Part shown: in pieces, positions 21,453-35,382 of the stretch
Numbering within the stretch: position 1 is the first letter of the stretch
Layout of the letters: each line of letters opens with the position of its first letter
Translations under genes and position numbers: made by a program
From: Felis catus
Taxonomy: Eukaryota
DNA length: 64,000 nucleotides
NCBI RefSeq assembly: GCF_018350175.1
Contig: NC_058368.1
Location: 50,717,815-50,781,814, forward strand
Direction: 5' to 3'
The notes under the pieces: model-generated
Told to the model about the DNA's origin: nothing
The model's database searches: none
Seen by the model: the letters and a program-made list of their open reading frames with translations, nothing else

Positions 21453-24014
21453 ATGGCTAAAATATTTAACATTTCCATTAGACTTTTTCTTTTCTTTTTT
21501 GAACATGCATAGGAGACAGAACTGTGTCTTTGCCATTGCTTCATTCCATCCCCAAAGTTCTCTTGCTATTCTGCCTTTACATTTGAAAGACTTTGGGTCA
21601 CGAATTAAAGGGCAAGTTGAAATGTAATAAGCTCTTCCATTTACTCACAGTATATTGCCTTCTCCCAAATGATCTCCTTTATCCCTCCTCTCCTAAAACT
21701 CTGTCTTAGCTTTGCCATTTTCTTTGCGTATATGCTTAACAAATATTTATGGCTCCCCATCTGAAAGTACTCTTCGCTTTAAGTAGAGTTGAGTCTGCAT
21801 ATTTAAAGGCAAAATTTAATCATATATTTGGAGAGTATTTTTATCCAGACCTCAAAATTATTACTCTGGCACATGAAATGTTCCCAAGGAAAATGCAAAT
21901 AGTCTGCCAAAATTTGGCTTCTTTATGTGCATAAGTTAACTGTGGTAGGCACAGAGACACTGAAATTCTTTATTCAGCATGAGGCTAGTCTTGGTGGATG
22001 AAACATACTCTGGGCATGAAAATCTGATTTCAATTGTTGATTGAATCCTCTTGGTTTCCTTTAGTAGCTTTTATTGGTGCTTTCAGACTTTAAATTTTAT
22101 TAAAAAAACTTTAGCTAATTAAAGGTGAGCTAACCCACACTATGTATGCACTTTATTCAAGTTTCAAGACAGAGTGTGATTCTCATGTTAATTTGAAAAT
22201 CTTCTAAGTAAAGTTGGTAGACTCCTGGCAGGATTTTCTTTATCATCATATTTCTCTGCTTGGTCGAATGCATTTCCTTCATGTCCCAAGCCAGGGCCGA
22301 TGTCGCACTGTTTTGCCACATCTTTAATAGAATTACCCTTACTTTGTATCAGAACCCACACACAGACTGCAGAAAAGTCTCAGGTTCATTGCAATTGTTT
22401 AGGCCTGAAAGAGTTATCTTTAATGGTTTTCTGTTGTTTTTGCTGCTTCTGTTTATATTTCTCACTCTACAGAATGGTACTTCTCTCCTGTGCACGTGTT
22501 ATCAAATACGTCTTTGGGAGACCCTGGGGAGAGCAGAATTGGGGGGTTGGGGCAGGATGGGCATGAGGAGTAGGGGACAGAAATGCCAATCACTTTCGAT
22601 TTTTGAAGGCAGAGGATAACTTCCCAGCTAAGCTCTACTTCAAGATGCATTTGCATTGTTAAGACAAATGAAACAAAAACCTAACAATAATCTAAGAGTG
22701 TGGCATAGGTACGATCTTACCCTGCACAGAAACCATGTTCAGACTAAATAACCCATTAACTCCTTATGCTCAGTCTGGAATCAGCTCCACATGCAAAACC
22801 TTTATGGAACCCACTATCAACTTTGGGCACCTAAATGGTCAGTGTGAAAGCAGCCCCTAAAAAAACAACAAAAGCTGGCAACTGGCAATTGGGGTGATTT
22901 AGACTAATCAGGATAAAAGGGTAGGAACAGATGAGCAGTTTAACGTTGAAACCATTTAAACATTTCAATGTTCACATATTTCATCTAAATTAATAGCAAG
23001 ATATCTACATGGAAATGGCAGTCTTTTTTGATCTTAGGATGGGCTACCTGGGAATCCCAAATCAATTCTCTAAAATTCTGGAACTTCTCAAGTTTATCTA
23101 AATGAAGAAGAATAAAACCAGCAGCCTGTTAGTTGGTCTGTGCTTTCAATTCGCATGCTAGGGGGTAACATTCATCCAACATCCTACTCTTTATATACCT
23201 TGGATGTACTGTGGTGGCGCTTCTTCTGAGCTGTCACAGTGCCTAAGATTAAGCCTCCTGTTGTATTTTATGACCAATAAAGCTTTGTAACAAGAAAGAG
23301 ACAGCAAAATTGTCTGTTCATTCTGGACTAATGAAGGAAACCACGCATCGTCCACTTTTTATTGCCCTCTAAACCAATATATCTTGCTCACTTTGTCTAC
23401 TCCAATCTAGGAGAAATTCTTCTTACTGGCCTACTGTCTACATAATATCCTTAATCTGTATTGGCATTGAATTAGATTATTGAATTACACAGAAATCAGA
23501 AATCTGAAGAACATTGCTGTTATCCCAGTGCAATGTAGTAATAAATCTTTGTAAAACACACCGCATCATGAGATGTAGCCATCGGGCTTTGTAATCCATG
23601 CCTCCTGGACAACAGCGAGAGCATGGGTGCTCTTATTTCAGGGGATTTCACAACATACTTCTGATTAACTTCATGTATTTTTCAGGAAAGAAAAACAGGC
23701 AGGCGGCCTATAAAGATATACGTAAATGGTGTTCCAAAAAAAAAAAACGATGGCTAAAAGAAAATGATTATAATCCCAAGGAACACCAAAACATGGATTC
23801 AACCAACCCAAAAATAAATGCAAATATGTTTAATGAGATTGAAACAATAGCCTATAATAATTATGTTTCTCTTTGCCTTGAAAATTCAAATATCTCTTTC
23901 TCTGAGACTGCTGGTATGCCGTAATTGGTTCATTTAAAACAAAAACCGGCAGCCTATTGATGGTTTCCAGAATGGACATTACTCTCATCTGGACCTCAAA
24001 GACAAGAGTCCCAG

Positions 24015-24170
24015 TTTATTAGAGCCGGAAGGCATTTGGAGGTCATCGAGTCAGACTCCGCATATCACGGTCACTTCTCCAGGGAGGATAAGTGACTTGT
24101 CCAGCTATTTTGTAAGAGCGGCTGATCTGTCACAAGCAGAAATACAGGCTCCCAGGCCAGTGTTCTCATG
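24015..24170 (-). mobile_element. MIR3/MIR-like fragment
   Basis: TTAGAGCCGGAAGGCATTTGGAGGTCATCGAGTC..GGATAAGTGACTTGTCCA. Confidence 0.55.
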
Positions 24171-24839
24171 GGGGTCATTTTTCAATATTTTTAATCCCTC
24201 ACACATAGGGCAAAACGAAATAAGTCACAGCATCACTGGAAGGAACAGAACACTAAAGGAAAACTGAAAAATTTACATGTAGTGATGACTAAGTTTCAAC
24301 AAAGTGCATCTATGCCTCACACTTGACATCTAGACACACTGATTCCAGGACTGGACCTGCATGAATATGCTTAGTTTAAAAAAACAAAACAAAACAAAAA
24401 CAAAAAGAAACCATACCCTGTGTGTACTCGCCTCTAGCAATACTTCACAGCGTGCTCTCTCCTGCCCACTGTGCTGGTTTCCTATCTCCGCATAATATAG
24501 TGTGAAGTCACATGTGTCTGTCTGTTTTTCTTTCTAATATGTCATTTCCTCAGCAAATACATTTGAGTGAAAGAAAACACATTAAGCCCCTTAAAATATA
24601 CGATAGAGAAGGACAGGCTCAGCTAAGTCTCACTCAACCCCATTTCTTTAGTAAGATATGAGCACAAGTAGTGATTTGGAGACGTATGCAAGGGCACTGA
24701 GAGAAAAAAAAAAGATAGATTTTCCAGCCATTCCTTTCCAACCATGCCTCCCTGGCTCGGCCTACCTTTCCATACAGAAATTGACCCAGTTCATTGAGGG
24801 TCTTCAAAGTGTATTCTAAAAAAGTTTACTCCCTCACTA

Positions 24840-25052
24840 TTTACATGGTCCAGGTAAGCAACATCATCTATCTGTGAGAGTGTCATTTAGTTTCCTAATT
24901 GATCTTACTTTTCCTTTTATCTTCTTACCATATGTTCATCAAAGAGCAGTCTGATTCCTTTCTTTCACACACAAATTGAACCTATTCCTGCTTGGTTAAA
25001 ACCTTCCAAAGGCTTCTAAACACACTCAGAATAAAATTCAAAACCCTTAACC
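24840..25052 (+). mobile_element. L2 fragment
   Basis: AAAACCTTCCAAAGGCTTC..CACTCAGAATAAAATTCAAAACCCTTA. Confidence 0.65.
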
Positions 25053-26729
25053 TAATTGGGACAGTTGCAATACTCCAAACTGAGTTGGAAGGACTAATTG
25101 ATTAAGGGAGGGAGAGAGAGAGAGAGGGAAACTGCTCCTCATCTCCTTTGTTCTTGGGATCTATCTTGGATAAAATAAAGTTTGTGATCCTGGAAAATCA
25201 ACCCTATCTTGTAAGAAATATTATCGAGCATCATAAAATGCCTAGGCTTATTTCCCCTTTGTGATTTCAACTCTTGTTTAGGAACTGTGGATTCAGTTCT
25301 AAGATACCAATGGAAAGATCATTTTTTACCGTTAATTTTGGAAGACTAAAAGAAAATGTTACCCCCCTTTGAGCCAAGCATGAGAGAAGTGGTAATTTGC
25401 AGGAGACTCCACCCACCCACCCCTAAAATTCCTGTATATCCGAGATAGAATCCGAACTGTGTTCTAACCATAACTAATGACTTTAGTGCAAATACTAAGA
25501 GCTTAGTTAAGAGAGAAACATTTTCTTGTTTGAGTGAATACTGAAATCACTGACTTAAGTTAAAAGCATGGGAACAACTTCAATTAGACAGTCAGAGAAA
25601 AAGAGACTAATCAGAGGTCTTTGTGGACCAACTTACAGCAGAGGCAAGTCTAATGAACTTCAACTTAGTGGATATTCCCTACAAGTTAGAATATGAGTCC
25701 TTAGGGGACCTCAGGAAAATAGTCCAGGCTGTTTCACCCTTTTTCCTATCATGTGACTAGAGAGTATGAACCAAATATCCCCAGATAAGCATATTTTCAC
25801 AGTTCCCTAAGGGCCACCCATGGGAAAGGACCTCATCTTGAGGAAAATTTCTACCCTTCTTTCTCTCTTCTTACCTGTTTCTATGCGTGAGAATAACCAG
25901 TAGCATTTAGAAACTACACATGCCCCAGCCACCCCGCAAAGATTATGATTCAGAACTCCTTAGACCATTCTTTTGTGCAGTCCCAGCTGAGGACCTCAAC
26001 CCAGCAAAAATGGAGGAAGTGAGCAAGACTACCCATCTTTATCTGGTAGAACAAAGTCCAGGTCTCCAGATCCTACAGCCTCTGCTGCCCCCTGGTGGTA
26101 ACTACTAAACTTACCTTACCCCTCTCTGGAGTCCTAGGTCTCCAATAAAATCAAGAACCATTTACTGGGAACCAACCGTGTCAAAAGTATTGCATATGGA
26201 GCTGTGGCACAATGCAGTAAGATATATTTCTTTATTCACATTTTAGCGTTCAAGAAAAATAGTCATCTTCCTTGAAAGACAATTCCAGATACCTAACCAA
26301 ACACTTATATATCAAATTGCCACAAAAATTTTGATTACAAATGCAGAGTGAGTAAAATGAATCTGTTCTAATATCAGGCATTTAAGACAAATGCAAATAA
26401 TCAATATAAATATAAAGTAAAATGACTCATTTCATTTTCTTATAAATACTAATATCCCCCTCTTTTGGAACCACATACTATTTAATTGCTTAATTTTTTA
26501 AGTAAAAGTCTGTTTTGGTGCTTCTAACCAACCAAAAGTAAACATACTAAGGTTTGAAACCAAACTAAAAAGGATGAAATCTAAGCCTTCTTTCAAGTGT
26601 CTAATCTTTTCATCAACCATTTCTTGTTGTTCATCAAAATGTTCGCAAAAAAATAAATTATAAGTGAAATGCAAAGTTTTTTTTTCAAGCATCCCGGAAA
26701 AATGACTCTAAATTGCTAGTTTCTACTTC

Positions 26730-26953
26730 TTTTTTTGAAAAATTTTCAACGTTTTTATTCATTTTTTGAGAGACAAAGAGAGACAGACTGTGAGCAGGGA
26801 AAGGGCAGAGAGAGAGGGAGACACAGAATCCACAGCTGGCTCCAGGCTCTGAGCTGTCAGCACAGAGCCTGACACAGGGCTTCTAACCATGAACCTTGAG
26901 ATCATGACCTAGGCCAAAGTTGGCCCCTTAACCGACTGAGCCACCAGGCGCTC
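26730..26953 (-). mobile_element. CanSINE (SINEC_Fc-type)
   Basis: Consensus match; decayed TSD TGCTAGTTTCTACTTCT / TGCTGATTTCCTCTTCT. Confidence 0.96.
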
Positions 26954-29454
26954 TGCTGATTTCCTCTTCTGAAATATGAATAGCATGACATATTTTTCAC
27001 CTTATCTAAACATTTCTTCTCCATTGACTGGGAGTCCACTAGAAAATCATTTTTGCCATCGTGTGTTTTGTTTAAAGAAACATTTACTAATATCATTTTC
27101 TCTGTGTGGCCAGACATCTGTTCCCAATTCAATGTCTGGAAGGCAGGCAGAATTCTGAGCAACTCACAATTATTTGACAGTTCTCCATCTTTGTTTCCAC
27201 GGGTAAAAACAGCCTTCTTAAATGTTCCATTCTTTCAAATGAATTAATACTATCTTTAATTTACGTTCACGTCTAATCTAATGTTCCCAAACTGGGACAA
27301 TTTCTAGTCAAAGACTTACCGACAGCTGCTTTGTAGGACAAGGTGTTCTGTACATTATTTTTTTATGTGGCTGCATATCATTATAAACATAGAAACCACA
27401 TTTTAATGTATCTAAATCTGTCTTCCTTTGATACTCGTAAATTGAATATGCACTCAGGGCCATGTGGGTGTTTTTTTCACTGTAATAAACTGTGGTGAAA
27501 TCTGAGGAGTTATGATGTATAACCTTGGGCTATAAGGGGGTACTTTTGACACATGAATGTCTCTAGGATGCTGGAAAATTCAATTTATTTTATTGCCTCT
27601 CTTGAGAAGTTCTAAAAGTTTTGGAGAATTTTAAAACTGTCCTGCATAATTCGTAGAAATTCTAAGATCTGTGCTGAGAATGAAAATGTCTAGAATTTGC
27701 ACAACATATAGAGACGGTAAGCATAGATTACTTAGAATTGGAACCAAGTAAATAAGACTGGCACCGTCACAGACAAAAAAAAAAAAAAAAAAAAGCCAAG
27801 TCTCTGATTGTTTTGAGGTCAGTGCAAGTTAAGGAAGGATCAAGTTCCCCCAGGCGCCGAATGGATTAACTGTTATTTTTATTTTTTGACTGTCAGTGTA
27901 AGTATATTTTCAGGACTGGATCTTTCTTTGTGTAATGAAATGTAATTAATTCTTCTTGTGAAATAACCATATAGCTCCTTCTGCTTAGAATGCTCTACCC
28001 TCTTAAAGGCTCCCCTATACAGCTATGAGCCCCATTCTGCCACCCACTTGATAAATCCCTAATTATTTCTAAGACAACTGAAACACACCTCATCTGTGAA
28101 TTGCTCACTAATCGAAACCCAGTTATTAGTGACAGAATTTTGCTTGACTTGATCAGACTGAACTAGATGACGACGACTACTCACTTTTCTATCATCCCAG
28201 TGAGAAACTTGCTGGCACAGACTTTGTTTAATTTTTAAATCCCCAGCACCAGAAATTGTGCCTCCCATATAACTAGAGCTAAAAAAAAAAAATTATATTG
28301 GTTTAATGAATACAGATAACACACTGTAAACACAGAGTCAGTTCCTCTACATAGAAAATTAAAGATTATTCTTATGAAGTTTAGGTATTGTTACAAAAAG
28401 GAAGAATGCCTCTTGTTTACTTTTAAATGTTTAATTCTGGGAGGAGTTGTGTTTATGGAAATATTTGGCTCTCTTGTCAAACTCTAGCTGAGGCAATTTT
28501 TATTATCTATAATGGAAACACAAAATATAACTTCTGGTAGAAAAGTGAGTTAAATAGATTTGAGTATTTTTTTTTATTTTTTACTTGTAACATGTCTAAC
28601 CCCAATTAATAGTTTCTGATCTATTGTTTTTACTAAACTTAGTTCTCAGAACTTATCTCCTTAATTAAGGAGTGCAAACATGTATTAACTATGTAGGATT
28701 AAGGTAATAGAAAAGAATAGCTCAGATAAATTAATTCATTGCTGCCTCATCTATGGCGAATTCTACCTTTACTGGTTCTTTATTAGATGAAAGTCCCCAG
28801 TACCAAATCTTATAAATTTTGATTGATGGCCCTTCTGTAATATTACCTAGCCTCCAAATTCCTGTGAGACAGACCACTAGAATCTAACATTCAAGTCTTG
28901 CTTGCCTGCCTAGAGGCCCACATTCATCAACGGTAGTAAGGACATAAAGTAGATGAAAATAAACTCCACTACAGCACAGGGTTTAAAATCTGACTTTTCT
29001 ACACACACGATCCTGATTCTCATCTTCCTTCCCGCTTCTGGAAATTCAAGATACCTAAACCAAGATGAGGTGGAGAAAGGACAACAAGGGGAGGGAAAGG
29101 GTTTCCAGAGTATTTTTCAGAGGGCCATTTGGCTTTTAGGAGTAGAAAAACACTCACTTTCTCTAAGAGCAGTGATTAGAGGTGGGCGACCATTTTATAA
29201 TACAGTGGACCTCAAGGTGACTCTTTGTTTCAAACTCTTGTCGCTAACCCAAATGAGAATAGCCATTGCCTGTGCTCCAGGAGTGGAATCGGATTCTCTT
29301 TCCTGGATCTGTGGGACCTGGAATAGTAAAACACAGGGCACGAACTTCCCTCGTACTGACTTGTATTGAAGGCTGTACCTCAGAGAGAAAGTCCAGGTTT
29401 CTGCTAGTGGGTATTTGGGGTGGTTCCATTTTTTGCCTTTATGAAGGGGGTAAG

Positions 29455-29874
29455 TGTACCAGTTTGCTAGGGCTCCCGTAACAAAATACCTCAGCCTGGG
29501 TGGCTTCAATAGCAGAAATTTATTTTCTCACGGTTCTGGAGGCTTTAAGTCCAAGGTCAAGGGGTCGTTAGGTTTGGTTTCTCTGGAGCCCTTTCTCCTT
29601 GACTTGCAGATGGCCACCTTCTCACTGTGTCCTCATATGGCCTTTTCTCTGTGTACATGTACCCCTGGTGTCTCTGTGCATCCTAATGTCCTCTTCTGAT
29701 GAGGATACATTATATTGGATTAGGGGCCACCCTAATAGCCTCATTTTAACTTAATTACCTTTTAAAGTCCCTATTTCTAAATATAATCACATTAGAGGTT
29801 CTGGGAGTTAAGGCTTCAGTATATGAATCTGGTTGCTCTTGGGTGGGGGATGTCACACAATTTCATCAATAATG
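29455..29874 (-). mobile_element. MLT1A-type MaLR solo LTR, full length
   Basis: TGTACCAGTTTGCTAGGGCT..AACAAAATACC..AGAAATTTATTTTCTCACGGTTCTGGAGG..CTTGCAGATGGCCACCTTCTC; 5-bp TSD GTAAG at 29450-29454 and 29875-29879. Confidence 0.93.
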
Positions 29875-31059
29875 GTAAGCATGCACATTTGTGTTCGCGC
29901 CCAAAATAGTTTTGGATATTATAAGAGTGTTCTTGCACTTGCCTCCTAGTGCACGTGAGAAGCATTTCTTTGGATATATACCTAGAGTGGATGCTGTATT
30001 GTTGGGTACTCTCTTGCTCCTCATCCTTAGCAGTGCTTACAATTTTTAGAATTTTTAACATTTCCCAGTCAATACAAAGTATATATTCTGGATACTGATA
30101 TAATTAATCAGCTATACATGCTGCAAATATCTTCTCTCAGTTTTGTTGTTTCACTTCAATGATGTCTTACCAAATAGATGTCATTTTTATTAAAAAAAAT
30201 AACATCGGTATTTTCCTTGATGTTGTTTCTTTGCTGTGTTATTGCTTTTGGAATCTTAGTTAAAAAATTCTTCCCTATTACAAAATCTTAAAATAGCCAC
30301 CCATATATTTTCTTCACATGCTTTATAGTTTTGCCTTTCATATTTGAGTCTTTAATCCATCTTGAATTTATTTTAGTACATGGTACAAGGTAGGAATCCA
30401 ATTTTGCTTTTTTCCATAGGGATAAACAAATGTCCTGGCCCCATTTATTGTTTAGTCTATTTTTCCCTGGTGGTTTACAATATATAAGTGTCGTATATAA
30501 TTTCAATATATCACAGACTGTTTCTAGTCTCTCTTTTAGGGTCAGTTAGACAGCATGTCTCTTCCTGGGGCAATATGATGGCTCTATAATGAGTCTGAAT
30601 ATGAAAGGGGATATTCGCATGTTATTATTCTTTTTCAAAAAACTCCAGACTATATTTCAGTTTTTCCATTCCAAAGAGATATTAGAATCTGTTTGTTGAT
30701 ATTCAAAAATAAAACCTGTTCGGATTTTGACTGTAGTTTCCCTGAACCAGTAGAATTAAACTGTGAAGGATGGACATCTTGATGATCCTGAATTTCCCTT
30801 ATGTGAATATGGCATTCTTCTCTATTCAGCCATCTTTAATAGTAAATAGTTTTGGGATTTTTTGCACCAAATGAGTACATATAAAAATAAACAAATTTTG
30901 CTTTTTTCACAGTTTTAAAAGATATATTCTGTGTTACTCTTGATATTTTGATAATTTTGATATTAATGTAACCACACATTTTTTATTTGTTGGCTTTATA
31001 TCTTACTGACAACTTCACATACATTTTTCCAACCATTGGTTTTAAAATTTCTATGCCTT

Positions 31060-31380
31060 GGGGCACCGGGTGGCTCAGTTGGTTAAGCGTCCAACTTTGG
31101 CTCAGGTCATGATCTCGTGGTTTGTGGGTTTGAGCCTCATGTCAGGCTCTGTGCTGACAGCTCAGAGCCTGGAGCCTGCTTCAGATTCTGTGTCTCCCTC
31201 TCTCTCTGCCCTTCTCCTGCTTGTACTCCCCCCCCACCCACTCTCTCTATTTCTCAAAAACAAATAAACATTTAAAAAACAGTTTTTAAAAAGAAGTAAG
31301 TGGTGCTACTGTCAGAGCAGTAGGCTGTCTTTAAAAATAATAAAATAAAATAAAATAAAATAAAATAAAATAAAATAAAA
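31060..31380 (+). mobile_element. CanSINE with extra 3' sequence and (AAAAT)n tail
   Basis: Consensus match; TSD TAAAATTTCTATGCCTT 31043-31059 / TAAAATATCTATGCCTT 31376-31392. Confidence 0.96.
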
Positions 31381-31892
31381 TATCTATGCCTTTATATCGT
31401 ATTTGTGTTTTCTATAGTTTGATTTGATTTATTTTATCCAAACTAGCAATCTCTGTCTTTTCACCAGCAAATTTATTCTTCTTGTATTTAACGTGTTACT
31501 GATACACCAGAACTGATTTCTACCTTATTTCACTATGCTTTCTAATTGACCCACTTTTGCATGCTTCTTAAATCTTCCTTATATTTTCTATGATTAATTT
31601 TTTGGCTTCTCTGTTTTTCTATACAATTCATAATTTACATAATCTATTCTGATTTTTTAATGGGTTACCATCACAGTATTGCCATGGGCACAAAACTATA
31701 AATTATTTTGCTCTCTTCCTGAAAAATTAAGAGTTAGAACAATTTAACTCTGATCATGTCTCTTCCAGTGAGCATTTCATCCTTTAATTTTGCTTTTCTT
31801 TTCAAAATTGGCACATCATTATTGTTATGTTATGCAGACAGTGTTTGGCTGTAACTACATGTGTATATGTTTGTATAATTCTTCTCACATTG

Positions 31893-32293
31893 AATCATGA
31901 CTGACCAATATGACTAACAGAATACACTATAAACAGTAGGGTGTGGCGTAGGCTAAGTCATAATGGCACCTTAGTTATTTCACTTCTACCTTGGTGTCTT
32001 GTATCACTCGTTCTGGGAGAATCTGACCACCATTCTATGAGGACACCCAAGAACTGTTATAGATATTTGGTACCTGCACCAACTTGTGAGCCGTGCAAGT
32101 GAGCACCTTAGAAGTGTATCCTCTGGGGCACCTGGGTGGCTTAGTCGGTTGAGCATCCGACTTCAGCTCAGGTCATGATCTCCTGGTCTGTGAGTTTGAG
32201 CCCCACGTCCAGCTCTATGCTGACAGCTCAGAGCATGCAGGCTGCTTCGGATTCTGTGTCTCCCCCTCTCTCTCTCTCTGCCCCTCCCCCATT

Positions 32294-32328
<35 letters not shown>

Positions 32329-32581
32329 ATAAATAAGTTACAAAAAAAAAGTGTATTTTTCAGTTATGCCTTCACAGGACTGCAACCCCAGCTGATGTAT
32401 GATGGCAATCCCAGTTAACATAGGATGACAACCGCATGAGAGACCCTAGACCAGAACCATCTATCCAAGTTACTCCCAAATTCCTTATCCACAGAAACTA
32501 TAAGAGATGAATAATGGTTATTGTTGTTTTAAGCCACTAAGTTTTGGGCTTCTTTGTTACTCAGCATTAGATAGCTAAACA
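31893..32581 (+). mobile_element. MLT1 (F/G-like) MaLR LTR, interrupted by a SINE
   Basis: CATGAGAGACCCTAGACCAGAACC..CCACAGAAACTATAAGAGAT..TGTTTTAAGCCACTAAGTTTTGGG..TGTTACTCAGCATTAGATAGCTAAACA 3' terminus. Confidence 0.85.
32125..32350 (+). mobile_element. CanSINE (SINEC_Fc-type)
   Basis: Consensus match; AAGTGTAT on both flanks. Confidence 0.96.
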
Positions 32582-35382
32582 GCATACTTAGACCAATTTC
32601 TTTTCTCACAATTCTGTTTTGCATTTTCGTGGTGGGATTATTTTTTTAGGGAAGCTGATTAGTGGTAAATACACCCAGATTTTCTTTATATGAAAATATA
32701 TTCATATCAACCCTTTTCTTTTCTTTTGAAAGACAAGTTTGCTGGATATTCAATTCTAATTGACAGCTATTTCTTATGAACACTTTGATAATTCTGCTAT
32801 CATCTGACTTCCAATTTTTCTGTTTAGAAGTCTGGTGACAAAATGTCATTCTTTGTAACTAATTTGTTCTTTCTGGCTACTTCCTCCTGCTACCACCAGA
32901 CTTTCTACAGATTTATTAGGTCTATTTTCATTTTTTAATTATCCTGCTTTGAATATGTGTTGCTCTCTGTGTCAGAATCTGTACTGTTCTTCAGCTCTGG
33001 CAAATTATCAGCCAATAATTTTCTGAATGTTGCACCTTCTTCATTCTATTTCTTCTTCTGGGACAGTGATGGGATATATTTGTTAGACTGTCCCATTCAA
33101 TCTTCCAGACCCCATATTATCATGTTCATACCTTCCATCTTTTTGTTTTTCTGTGTCGCAGCCTAGGTAATTTCCTTACATCTATATTTCAGTTTATTAA
33201 TTATTTCCTCATTTATGTTTGTGTTGTTGAATCCATTCATTACATTTTTTTTATTTCAATCATTAATGTTTCCTTATAAATTTCTATTAGGCTTGTTTCC
33301 TATATGCTGCTTACTTTGATTTCAAATATTAAGTTGAAGTGTTTGCCCCTCTGGTTTTTTTTTTTTATTTTCAGGGAGAACAAAATTATTATTTCCTATT
33401 TTACTCTTTGGTATGAGTCTCTATTGGAGGCATCTAGACTAGCTAACAGTTATCTTTTGGGGAAATTTTAAATTGGATGTATATTTAACAAGTGTAGAAT
33501 TATAAAGATTTTCTATTTTTATGGATGTTTTGGTAAGTTGTATCATTCTATAAATATGCCTATTTTACTGGATATATTGGATTATTTCTTTACCAATTTC
33601 TTGTTGGACTTTTCTAATTTATTTAATGTTTCCTTTTTAATTTCTGACATTGATTATTTTTGTTTTCTCTCTTTTCTTTCTTATTCAATCTCACCAAACA
33701 TATATCAATTTATTAATCTTTTTATATTTCTTTATTTACTAACCTTTAGAGTGTTTCTTCTATTCTACTTTCATGTCACTTTATTTGCCTTTCTGGTTCC
33801 AATTCTTGTGATAAAGATTTAGATAACTGACTTTCATCTTATCTGGTATATGCATTTTTAAGAATGCATGTTTTTCTGTAAGCATATTTTAACAGAAAGC
33901 TACAAGTTTTGAAAGCAGTATTTTATTTTCAATTCAGTTAAAAATATTTCCTCTTTGCCATTGATTCTGTTCATGACCATGAGTAACTTAGAAGTATATT
34001 TGTCAGTTTTCAATGTGTGAGGATTTTTCAAATAGATCTTTTTTTTTTCAGATTTCTAGATTAATTATATCATTCTTAGAGAAGACAGCCTATACTGTTT
34101 CAATTCTTTGATATTTATTGAAGCATGATTTTTGAGGAAGTGTATGATAGATCTTTTTAATTGCCACATTTATCCTTGGAAAATGTAATGTGCAGTTATT
34201 AGGTAGAAGGTGTGTGTGTGTGGTTAGGTCTATATCAATGAGTAGTTCAAATTTTAATTTTTTACTTAGTTGTTCTTCAACTATTATTTAAAGACTTGTT
34301 TGAAAAACGTCCCATTATCATTTTGAATTTGTCCATTTCTCATTTTAGTTCTGTCAATGTTTGTTCCAAATATTTTGAGGTCATGTATATTTTGAGGTTG
34401 ATACAAATTATGTATAATGATATCTTCCCGAATTTTTAGCGTTGTGAATGTCTTTCTTTAGTAATGCTTCCTGATAGCTATACCAACTTTCTTTTGGTGA
34501 CTGTCTGTGTGGTACATCTTCTTCTACTTTTGTTGGCTTCACCCTTCACCTGGACGTTGGCCCCGGAATCCTTGGCTGCTTTTGGTTCTCTCATTCCTTT
34601 ACGCTGAGTGACATACAAACTTACACGCACACACCCACCCACACGTCCTCCTTTACTGCTTCTCCTTTCCAGAATAGTTGACCCAAATCATCTAAATAGC
34701 CCTTTTCCCTTTTTCTTGATTACTTTTGTATGTATTTTACTTCTTAAACATTTCGTACACCACTACTTTATATTTTTACGTAGTAATTCCAAAATATGAA
34801 GTGTGTGGACCTAAATATTTTTGTTGCATTTTTTGACTCTCACATATGGTAAATTATTTTCTTGAACATTATGTAATTTTTAGATCTATGTTCATATTTA
34901 GTTGAACTTTTTTCATGAATTCCTAAGAAACTAATTTCAGAATGTTTTCTTCTGGAAAGAATTTACACTTATTTCTCCCTAAAGTTACTTGAGTCCCTCT
35001 GAGGGTTCCAGTTTATGTTGAATGTCAGAATCACCTTCACTCCTTGACATTGGTCCTAATATCTCCCTTCTTCATTCTGTTGTTGGTTTGGGCATTTGAC
35101 TCCAGAGCTACTCCTTTTTTTATGGGTGTTTGTTCCTCGCTGCTCATTCATGAAGTTTCTAACTTCCTCAAGAGTCTAGACACCTGCATATTAAACATGT
35201 AAATATTTTATCATAATTTATGCATGATTTGGTTTTATCAAGCAGGTGCATTCTTTAGAACCAGCCATGTGTTTTACCACTTGGAACCTAATCCCTCCAC
35301 TTTCAGTCCTCCAGCACCAACTCCCTGTGCATTATGCTGGATAGATGCATATTTCGTGGAGAATTCTCATTAAAAGGATTTA

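Larger units (their letters stand above)
29395..35330 (-). mobile_element. Long mosaic of ancient L1M(E) fragments interrupted by MLT1 LTRs and SINEs
   Basis: T-rich L1-antisense text throughout; ORF 30288-30506 carries the ORF2 motif KLDSYLVPCTKINSRWIKD; boundaries approximate. Confidence 0.7.

Noticed and set aside
23686..23721. 36-nt + strand exon candidate (TTTTTCAG|GAAAG..ATAC|GTAAAT)
   Set aside because: Weak donor and no recognisable peptide
25055..26110. Possible LTR/ERV-derived segment
   Set aside because: I could not identify termini, a TSD or diagnostic motifs
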